This document shows, one piece after another, positions 37,974 to 64,000 of a stretch of DNA of 64,000 nt. Position 1 is the stretch's first letter. Every line of letters begins with the position of its first letter. The notes under the pieces are model-generated. The model was not told the DNA's origin. It searched no databases and saw only the letters and a program-made list of their open reading frames with translations. The stretch is from Acanthaster planci (taxonomy: Eukaryota). Where the stretch lies: the NCBI RefSeq assembly GCF_001949145.1, contig NW_019091361.1, positions 248,001 through 312,000 of the forward strand. Direction: 5' to 3'. A program made the translations under genes and the position numbers.

Positions 37974-40900
37974 CTGTGGAAATGGGTGTGTGTTTTTTGC
38001 TTTGTTTTTCACTTTTGAGATCAATTTGTCATTAGGTTGTGGTATGGTTTCTACAATTTTCAGGTTTTAAATTTCCATTAACAAATAATCAGCATCCGAT
38101 TGAAACATTTTAAATCGGAAAAAATTATGGCAAGTGATGTTCTTAAAGTGCCCCAATATTTCTCTTATTTTTTGACACATTGAATTAATCTCATTTTCAA
38201 AATATGCATGGATACTTCAGATTTCGAGTTTATGCATCAATGTCCCTGTTTGCAATCTTTCTGAAGCCAGCACTCAAAATTTCTCTCAACAATTTGTGGG
38301 GCAACTGGAGGGGGATACATGATCCCCCCCCTCCAGCTGCAGTGGCATATCCAGCGGGTGGATGGATTTTTTAAAATCAAATATTAATGAAAAATATCTA
38401 TTTTATCATACATTAGCACCAAAACCCTAAGAAAACAACACCACACCAATACAAGCAGAGATGTCGGCACCATGAGGCTTTTGATTTTTTTTCTCCCCAA
38501 CTTCACATTGAATGAGCACTAAGCCGCATTAGCTTTTGAATTTGCTCAACCCCCCCCCACGGCAGGACACACCGCTGCCCAGCAGAAATATGTCCCCACA
38601 TATCTGAAAAGTTTAAAATATCCACACTTTAGATACTGGCCGTAGTCAATTTTCATCCACAGTTATCAGCTGCATATTCAATTTGCCCTCCACATTTTAA
38701 CACAGAGACAAAAATAAAAAAACATCACACCCTTTTTTTTAGGTGTATTCACCATTTTATAAAAAATTTCTATAAATGGCATTGGCAAATATCTTTTTAT
38801 AGAACAATATTAGTAAAAATGCTGCTCGCTTTGTTAAAACCTTTTTCTTTAATAAATACAATTTCATTCTACCGGACATGAAATCAATAAATAATAAATT
38901 CAAACTGTATTGTGAGAAATTGAAGCATTTTCAGTTGAAAACACAAATAAATAGGAAACAGTGATGATACAAAGTTTTGCTGTGACCTTGCAGAAATAGC
39001 AGTTGGTATTTCAAAAAGAGAAAATTTATCTTCAAGGCAAATAATTTTTGTTGAAGATGTTTCTAACTTTAAGAGTCTTGTTGCAATGCCATCAAAAGTT
39101 TCTTGGGACATACATGTAAGCAAGGCTATTGATACAGCAAATCCATAAATTAATATTTATAATTAGTCCTTGACTGTGAAAGTAAATCTCTGTAGCATTA
39201 GAGTCTTCAAATGAACCTGAAACCAAATTGCAAACTAACGACTGTCTATAAACAAATGAAGATGACAAATGTCATAGACAGGTGTGCAGTAAATAGCCTT
39301 ATCGTAACATAATTAACCCAACCATTCAGACACATTCCAGCAGCTTTCTGTTGATTCTAACATAAGTCCAACACCACCTACATGGTGTCAAATTATGTAG
39401 ACAAAACACAACTAAAATTGAACACATCTTAAGTTTATGTCTTGCATGAACTCCCAAGGTCACAGCAACTACAGTATTTGCAAAGAGATTACAAACAAAT
39501 GGCAAAAAGACTCACACTACGGTCAGAATCCTTCAACATTTTGTCTCACATTTTGAGATCATTCAAATTTCCTGTGGTAACAGAAACAAACGTACATCCA
39601 AGCCCTTGCTTATAACATATACATTGTCATCATACAAAACTATTTCACAGATGCATTTAGCATACAATTCTTTACACTGTTTCTTCATTGATACAATATA
39701 CTCTGGTACAACACTAACTCCATTCATTTCAAGAAATCCAGATCTTCAACCACAGGTTTGCTTTGAATTTAGTTCTTTAAATAACAAATGCAAGAGACTA
39801 ATTTCAAAGTTTAAAAACATGCAGAAAATATACTTAAAACGTTAAAAGCTATGTTGAAAAAGACAGTGCAAAATATAGAATCCTCTTACCGACTATGTAT
39901 AGTTTTCCAAACTGCTACTCCAAACAAAATTATTTTTGTTCGATTTAATTCATCCTCGGATCTTTTGGGGTTCTGCTATAATTCAGGGAATATAAGAAAT
40001 GGAGGACAGAAGGAATAAACTTAGAAATGCTTTGCATGAGAATATATAACGGTGGTGTTCTACCAAGCGTGGTGACACTTTACAGGTGAAGTGAGACCGT
40101 AGTTGCATTTGGGAGTAAGATCACAGAAAGAAATGCACTTGAAGAAATGAACTTCAATCAGGACTAATCTTAAATATGAAACAGTTCACCAATTCTAGGG
40201 ATTTCTGATCTCAATTCACATGTATACTCAAACATTCTGCATAGATGGGAAAAAAAATCAAGAGTCGCGTATAGTTTCTCAAAGAATTTTATTGCTTGAT
40301 TTGTTTTTCAAGGTTGAGGATAAAACCAATCCCAACTGAAAATGGGCCAAGATAAGATTCAACTAATTCCTCAACATTTACGACAACACTCCGCACTGTA
40401 CAAATAAATATTACCATGTTGATATATTTCATGTAGTATTGAACATTTGCTACTTTGTCCACACACATCAAAATAAGATAAGAATAGCCCTTGAAGTTTG
40501 AATGTAATGAAACAGAGTGCACATCGAAGGGGGATATGACTATGGAAGATGTAAACAACACTTGCTTGTTGAGCCCCATGATTTATGTTCCCGTCAAATA
40601 ACACCCTTTAGGGGAAATGTACTCTTCAACTAGACAACCCTGCATGTCAGTACATGTATTGTCATCACATATGCTGCATGTTTGACACCCCCTACAACCT
40701 ACATTTATCACTGCACAGCAGAGATCCAACTTACTAAACATCTTGAGACAATGTCTCGATAGCTTTTGAGATCATGTTGGTTGCTCTACCTATCTTCATA
40801 ATCCCAACAAACTTGTGGCAATGTCTTCTGAGACTGCACCCATGTGTGTCTGTGTAAATTATGTAACATTCGTTGATCCAGTGTCAAAGGTCAGTGAGGC

Positions 40901-42229
40901 AAGAAGCCGTCCTCACAAGTCATGACATTGCCTTTGCCTGGTATCTGATTTGATATCTAAGTTGAAGTAGTGATCCGTTTAAGATGCACACTGCCATGGA
41001 TAAGAAATCTAAAGAAGCTGATATACTCTGAGACCCCTAGTGAGAGAGTTCAAAGGTTAATGTGACTATAGATACCAAGACATCACCTACAGTTGTGCAC
41101 TGTGCACTTCTGCAAGACTGTGAAATCAAAAATGCGTAGACCATTTACACATAGTTAACAACAAATCCTTGCCAAATTATTCAAGTGGGCTGTTAACAAG
41201 CTCTCTACTTTGAGAGCAGAAAGGGAGGAGTTTAGAAAGTCCTCAATCTTGTATTCTGAGCAAATAACTAATTCTCCCAAGCTTAGAGGGCCTGAGGTCT
41301 ACACAAACCTCTCAGCAGCAGCACTAAATGGTCGACCATGACACTTGACCCCAAGTTCCAGGAACCACTGTTTTAAGTGTTTTCCCATATTCAGACAGAC
41401 ATGGACAGCCATAAACTGATCCTAAAGCCATCAGTTTCTCCCCCCCCCCTTTGGATGACTAACTTTCTCCAAATATTCCATGAATGTGCAGTTCAGTGCC
41501 ACAGTGCTGTACAGTGTACAAGTATTCTGCATTCATCCATGCCAGACACTGCTTTAGATATAGGCTTCTACCCATTACAGAACCTCTTAGCTGTTCACCA
41601 ATAAAACAACAAACCAAGGGAGAGTTGATATGCACGCACAGCATGCTAACAAGCAGGGACTCCAGACAAGAGGTAATCAGTGATTGGCGCCTGATATGTT
41701 ATGACACCTGCCGAAGTTAAGGTCTTGCCATACAAATGCATTATTATAAATGTTACATTGCTGGTGGGACATCACACAATATTTTCACATCAGACCAAAG
41801 TCACAGTTGGCTGTCCCAACTAAATATCTCCCTCCGGCATCTCAAAAGTATCTGCCCTTCAATTTTTTTACAATTTCCTGTTAAACTCTTTTTTTTTCTT
41901 TTTTAAAATCTATGTCATATTTAGCACGAGGTTGATTTTCGGTAGTCTGTTTCTCAGCATAGCACACAATCAGTAGATGAGGCAACAGTAAGTACATTTC
42001 TGCCTGTATATTTTACAATAAGCTTTTATGGGGTTGTAGCTGATTGTACGGGCCAGATAAAGAAAAGAAATTTGTCTAAGTTCGATGCCAGAAAAACTCA
42101 GGTTTTTTGCTTTGATGACTAAGAAAAAGCAAATACTGGTACAACGCAGTATCTGAGTTAATTAATACTTCCTTCTTTTTGGCTCGACAAAATTTGATGC
42201 ACTGCAACTTAGGAGTGATGACAAGACAC

Positions 42230-56964
<14,735 letters not shown>

Positions 56965-59900
56965 TGCTGCTAGTCCTACTCCTACACTGTCTTGAAGGCT
57001 ATGGAGACATGAGTTTACTTCTTTGGGTCGTCTTCACTATCCTCTACCATCCTTGAAAAAATAGAAAACAGTCACATGTTAATGGGCAAATATGAGATAA
57101 ATTGGGGATTTCTGTACACAAGGATACACGTACATGTACATGTACATGACATGAATGCACAATGCTGATGATGATCAATTCAAGAGCAACATCGGGAAAT
57201 TATCCTTTTTTTCTTATTTACATTTACATACAAGAGCAAGAGTTTTTTAGTCGATGATCCAACTACTGAAGGAATGTGTGAATTCTGAACAAAAGCCTGC
57301 TGTACAGCTAAGCACTAAAGACACCATCATCAAAGGCAGAGGGTTTATCCCATTAAAATGAATGGGATGACCTACATATACATGCAATACACCAGTCATC
57401 CTTCAGCTATAAGATTTTATTCACTGATAAATGTTGGTTTCTGGCCAACAGGGGTACATGTACGTAATGTAAGATAAACCAAAAAACGAGTAATTGGTAA
57501 ATTCTTCATTACACATTGTACAACAAATTCTGAAGGCAAAGGGGACAACCAGGATAGAAACAGGGGATGGGTTGGGATCAGGCTGGCAGCTTGCAGCTCA
57601 GGCATATCAACGACAAAAATACAGATCCTGAGCAGCTAGACCGCCAATAAATGAAAACAGCTGCTTCATACTCACCCAAAACCGCACTCTGTAAATCAAC
57701 TGAAGTTTTGGAATTAATAAGACACCAACTTCATTCAGGTCAAATCAACACACAACAATGCACAACGTGGACCTTGAATGCCAGAGATATAAATTCCAAG
57801 GATGCTTTGAGACAGTCTCATCAACAGCACATCAGTACATCTACCTCTCCTCTAGACAGTGTTCACCAGAACTGTTTCCAATCTTTCCTCAACAATCCAC
57901 AAGATATATGCCGTACATTTTCCAATGTGGCTTGCACGTACGCGTATGTACAGTTCATGGTACGCCAGTATTTCCTTGGTTCTCAGACTGCCTAGAAGTG
58001 GATTCCTCAACGAGAGGGAAGATGTGAATTACCCCAAGAATGAAGAATGCGGACGCACATGTACATATGTAGCATCACTGTCTGCTAGTCCCAAGACAAA
58101 TAATGGGGGCCCCCAGCATAAAAATACCTGATCTCTGATGGAATACACATAGCCTAATGGCCAACAGGCATGACAGGGATATGTGTACCAGTATACATGT
58201 ACAGCAAATGTACAGCAGGGAACTTCTGGTGATAATTACAGAGTTCAATCCTCATGTGCCAAGAGCCGTAATGGGTTGTGAAAGATACCGGTACTAGTGC
58301 ATGGTACTGTGCACATGTACATGTAGGTTACATTACTTTTGTTTACAGCATTTGATGACATCATCAAACATGCATGGTGAATGAGTGATGTACTCTGTAC
58401 ATGTACATGTACCAGCACCTAACATGTTACCCAGAAGTGGTACCACAAACACACATTACTAGCAGAACGGCTCTACTTGGATATATCATCTACATGTACA
58501 TGTACACGTTTATACACACATGCCACAGCAGAATTCTAAAATCTACAATCTATGTTTTTCAGTTTTCTTCCCAAACAATGTCAAATGTTATTTTCACAAG
58601 ACGATCTTAATTACACACGTCTTCCGTCAAGTTTCAACAAAGCCTGTAGAAGGGGTAAATTCACCAACTCACCAAAATGCATGTACATAATTTTTTTTTT
58701 GGTAGTACGGACTAGGTTTTGGGACATGTACCAGAACAAGCGTTGAAATATACATGCATGGGGATCAAAACTGATACACGTACAGGTGTATGGAGACAAA
58801 CTTTTGTCAATGCAACTCAGTCCCAACTTTCCTAAAAAAAAAAGAAAAAAAGAATTGTCCCATTTCCAATGACCATACGGGAACATGCATCTTTATCATG
58901 TCAATGTGTCATTTATTCTCATACAGAAATTATAATGTACTTGTACAAATACATGTACATGTATACTTTAATCACGAGACTCAGTGTTGTATCGGAGACC
59001 TTGGTGTCCGAGATCAAGGCCGAGACTAAACATTAAAAATCTACTAGTATGCTAATGTTATGCAAAGGTAAACGAGGACAAGCAACATAAGACGATAAAA
59101 TTGCACTGAACATATCAAATAAAGAAATTAACATATACAACGAACCATTAAACGTAAAAAGATTAAATATTTCTTCAAGACTTGACACTTTTTATTTTAC
59201 ATGTACCTTTGAGAAATACAATGTACAATGCACATGTAGTTGTGATAAGCTGCAGATTTTTGATATGTCAATGCCATTAGCAGGTGTACGGTTTAATTAT
59301 ATCAATGAACTCCCAAGCCTATTTTCATTTAATTTCAATGAAGATGTATGGCATATTTACATGTATACATTTCATAAAAACTATTAGGCATGACGTGTAA
59401 AATACCAAAAATATGAAGTGATCCTTATGTTAATGCTGAATGTCTGAGTTTGCCAGTGGTACTACCGGTACTTTAATGATCACTGGACTGGTTAGAAAGG
59501 TCAGTTAGCAGAAAAAAGTTATCCACCAATATGGCATTTCCCTATTGAATGTATGAAATCGTCATTTCCAACCTGAATGACCACACTGATGTAAACATAA
59601 AAACTTATTTTTTCATGAAAAAAAAATTAAGAAAAAATAGATATCCCAATAAGATCTTGATTTATTGAGATGACAGGTGAGGGAAAGGCAGAAACACATG
59701 CAAAAATGGGCACACGTGTGCCAGTGAAATTAATGGCACACTGAGTGCGAGTTCCAGTGCTTCCAACCTCATCTCCATCGTGTTGAGCAATACTTCTCAC
59801 AGCTGTCTCCTGTGCTGGAAATGAAGTAACAACTTGGGACGAGGTTGTAGCATACTGTATTGACTATTCTCCATTCAAGCATCGATTTCATTCTTTATCG

Positions 59901-61469
59901 TGGAAATTTGAACAACACGGTGTCGTACATGTATGTTTGGAAACTAGACTCGTGTGGAGGTCAGCTGGCAAGTGCGGTCATGAGTGGTAACTAGGTGCAC
60001 ATTTTGTTGTGGTCTTGAGACCTACATGTACAACATTGCACTGGGTGCTGTAATTTGTTGCAGAAAACAATTGTCATTTGCATGAACAATGATCTTTTCA
60101 CAAATCATACAGTAGACCCCTTCCATCCATTCCTATTAAAAATTTATCCTTTCAGACAAGTTATTAACTACATGTACATGTACGTACATGTACATATACC
60201 ATAACTTATATGTAAACTTGTAAAATGGTAGAGCGACCTTAAAAGATGGAGATGTTTAGAAACAATCGCTCCTTGCCTTGTCTTGGCTTTGAAATTCTCC
60301 CATGGACAATCAGATTTTTTGACTGAAGGAAAGTTGTTTTGCCTCTCTTCCCTGGACAAAGAATACCAGTACCCACACAGCCTGATCACAATCCTCATCT
60401 GGATTACCAGGCTTTCCTTTAACCCTTCTCTTAAGTTCAGCCAAGATGGCATCAGTCCAACATTCTTGAGATGTTAATGAGGAGGCAGAGCCAAGGAGTT
60501 TTGCAGAAGACAGATTCCTCTGAAATTGACAGCCTGGCACTTGAGGGCATCGTTCTCATACTACATGTACATGTACAGGCTCTGGTATCACTAAACAGCC
60601 TCAGCAGGCTAGGAGTACTGGATACATTGTACATGTACATGTACCCAGACCCAGTTTGAGTGAAGTCTCGTGATGCCAGAGAAGAAATTGCAAGTTGCTT
60701 TGGATGATAGAGAAAGGGCAATTTACTTTTGAACTAATTAGTTGTGACCACTTCCAGGTAGTGTTTGACCAAATCCACATATGAACGCCATATGCAGCGC
60801 ATGTACCGTACAATACTTGCTAACCACAGCAAATGAAAAACAGTGCTATATAACAGGTACATATACACATGTAAGCCCTCAAAGGAATTCCAATATCTAT
60901 TTTCATAACCTTACAAGCTATTTCACCAATTCAATTTCAATAAACCATCTCAAAAATAGGAATGCACTGTAAATAGAAGTACATGTACATGTAGGCATCA
61001 CATGTACAGGTACCTAGGTTTTGACTCGGAACTACAAGTCCATATGAACCATACTTGTACACAAATACATGTATGAACCTGAACATTCAATCAAGGCTTG
61101 GGATGTCATGCTGTTTTCCACCTCAACAAACTGTGATTTACTTGTGATCAAACTTAATAAAATGTGTCAAAAGAGTCCCTTGTGAGTTTAAAGAATTAAG
61201 ATTGCATAATGTAAATCAGTGCAAGCTACATGTACGCGGGTCAATATATTTCACCCACAATGTCTATTTTCACCAGAATACCAAAATAAGTGACACATCA
61301 AAACAAGAGCTCTGTTTACTTTTTCTGAAGTAAATATGTAAAGAAAAAATAAATATTAGCAAAAACTGCCTTCATATGCACTCTTTGAGATCTGGTCACA
61401 TATTAAACCATGCTTTTTTATTTTGAAATGAAATCCTCAGACGAATTTAAAATCCATTTCAAAAGGATA

Positions 61470-61738
61470 TCTTGGCGATCAAGCCCAGGGCAATATTTTT
61501 CTTTGTCATCTTGGCGATCAAGCCCAGGACAATATTTTCTTTGTCATCTTGGCGATCAAGCCCAGGGCAATATTTTTCTTTGTCATCTTGGCGATCAAGC
61601 CAAGGGCAATATTTTCTTTGTCATCTTGGCGATCAAGCCCAGGGCAATATTTTCTTTGTCATCTTGGCGATCAAGCCCAGGGCAATATTTTTCTTTGTCA
61701 TCTTGGCGATCAAGCCAAGGGCAATATTTTCTTTGTCA
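61470..61738. repeat. 38-39-bp minisatellite, 7 near-identical copies (cttggcgatcaagcccagggcaatatttttctttgtcat)
   Basis: Units start at 61471, 61510, 61548, 61587, 61625, 61663 and 61702. Confidence 0.95.
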
Positions 61739-64000
61739 CTTTCAAGTCTTGGCTGTAACTTCTGCCAGGTGTGACATGTTCCGCAAGAACTGTGCCCTGT
61801 CCAGGAGAAGCTGCAGATCAGAAGCAATTTCTTGAGTGTCCAAAAATTTCCCCCAAACAGTGCAAGTCACAAAGCCACTACCATGCTACATGTATAGTAT
61901 CAAAACACAATGATCAAACATTTTATTTACCACACAAAGAAAAGAAAAAACTGGATAGCCCTGCTGAGGAAGTTACATGAAATAAAACAGAGCTCACAGA
62001 GCTTACTTCTTCTGGTGAGCACTGTTTTTATTTCCAATGGAGTTCTCCAACTCAACATCATTTTCATAAAATTTCTATTTGATCTACAAGTGATTTGCCT
62101 TTGGTGTTTTGTTTTAGCAAAGTGATAATAACTGCAACACATGTAGGCTGAAAATCTTGGACAGGTCCCTGTACTCTACATCCAAGTATTACATGTACAT
62201 GATGTACATGTACTGTATGTAGGTAATGACAACATGTGTAGGCCTACTGCAATTTATGTCCTTGACACTGGTAGAGATGTCATAGACCATGCATAGACAC
62301 AGTTGTAACACCTCCATGGTTAAACAGACCCCCATTGATCTTATTGCAGGAGTACACTGGTCACTGGAGTGACTTACATTGCTGGTATGAACAGTCATGC
62401 CAACCTTGTGACACATGGTACTTGTGTACATTGGTAAATGAAGATGCCACAAAATGTATACAAGGCTATAAGGGTGCACTGCCCAATTCAAGGGAAATTC
62501 TTCAGCAGGCCGAGGCGCTCAAAAGTACAGATTATTTGAAAAAGAGGAGATTGTGTGGCCCAAGAATTCGTGGGATTGTGAAAGAATGGCCCAGAATGAA
62601 CTCCCTAGATTCAAAGGCTCCCATCCCAGGGCGAAGCATAGAAACATGCCACTGAAAAGTTGTCCCAAGAGCCTGAAAAGGTGGAGGGATGTCATTTGAA
62701 AAATGGCCGCTGACAGACTTGGGAACGTTCACTTTTTGGAAGGTGAATTTGTTTTGGGTGGATAATTAGAAATTTCATTGGTTAACCTACATGTACTAAA
62801 AATTGAAAATCAATTGAAAGATGAATGACCCCAGAACACTTTGTTTTTTGTTTGAGAGGCCTGAGGGACTTCGGTTGCCCGCACTGGGGGCTGCAAACAG
62901 TGGTCAATTTTACATTGACTCAATGGGGCTTCAATTAGTTCAGTGCACCCATAAGGCCTACCAGTGCACTGAATGTACATGTACACTACAGCTAAAGCAT
63001 GGATTTCAAGGTGGATCACGGTCCCCCACTCACCAGTGGTCACCCAACGTGGTGTGTACATTTAAATACCAGTAAAGGCAGTACAGGCCTACATGAAAAC
63101 AACGTAACGATGGGAATCAACAAATTATTGTTCATTGCGATTTGTCAATCACCAATCTTGTCACTTTATTTTCACGAGCACACAAATTGTACTGTGCATG
63201 GAGAGGCAGTTACATGTATTGTCATCTTTTTTGGTCTTTGCCTATTGACATGCTCAAGAAAGGGGAAGGAAGTCCAAAAATATAATACACTTTGTTTGCA
63301 CATAAAAATGAGAAAAATACCAGGAGACAGGAACTCCTGGAACTCAAATTTTTCTTAAAAATGACTGCCCAATTTTTTTTCATCCAATATTAAAGAATCC
63401 TTATTACCCCCTCAAAAAAAGAATGGTGTTGGCATTGTTTCTAAATTTCTGGTGCTTTCTATTTGTACAAAACGAAAGAAACGACTGCACATCACTGTAC
63501 ACATGTACATGTGTACACTGTACATGCCTCTCCCCCACCACCACTGAATGACAGTTTCCATCTGAAATCAAACATGAGCTCAGTATTTTATGATTATGAA
63601 TACTTGAAGCAATGCACACTAAAATTTTGCTGGTAGTTGATCAATCAATATGCAGGCCACGTATGCAGGCTTGTACTGGTAATGTGCAGAATAATGATTT
63701 GGAAAGTGGTACAAAACGATAAATTTACATGTACCCATGAATCTTCAAGCAATCTGCCCTGAGTTGAAGTGCACCCTCAATGGCGAAAGAAAGACAGGCT
63801 GGTGAAAAGTTTTCCAACTAGGTTCTCGAACACGTTTGGCGCACATGCGAAGACCAGCATAAATTTGTTGCACAATATACTCAGCGTGCCCCATGCCAAA
63901 TGCGCATTTAAACTTGCACGCCTACACGGTGAGTTCCTCCCAAAGGACCATAATTTTCATCTAAAAACACACCCTCTTCTGTTCCTACTTGGGGCAGATA

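Noticed and set aside
60168..60540. Minus-strand ORFs upstream of TTBK as an alternative N-terminus
   Set aside because: No family motif or clear splice sites, and an in-frame TAG lies just upstream of the ATG at 56964
61470..61738. 38-39-bp direct repeats as a CRISPR array
   Set aside because: Units are contiguous with no unique spacers, there are no cas genes, and the context is eukaryotic; it is a minisatellite

Overview
This is eukaryotic (animal) genomic DNA with GT-AG introns, many TACATGTA motifs and one assembly gap (42672-43064). I rebuilt three spliced genes by hand. (1) + strand, 968-9396: the 3' end of a ribosome-binding protein 1 (RRBP1/p180)/kinectin-like coiled-coil gene, with possible alternative C-termini. 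(2) + strand, 14009-34927: a 13-exon, 993-aa gene and the main find. It joins a complete ADAP/centaurin-alpha module (ArfGAP zinc finger with the arginine finger replaced by Cys, plus two PH domains) through an acidic linker to an UNC5-type ZU5-UPA-death domain module. It has no signal peptide, ectodomain or TM helix. An intronic stop plus AATAAA could also give an ADAP-only isoform. (3) - strand, 56964-42230: a tau-tubulin kinase with 11 coding exons, including a 28-nt micro-exon and a 5.5-kb exon carrying a 1-nt frameshift. The rest is introns and UTRs with MITE-like inverted-repeat elements and minisatellites. Homology calls come from recalled family motifs; no database search was run.
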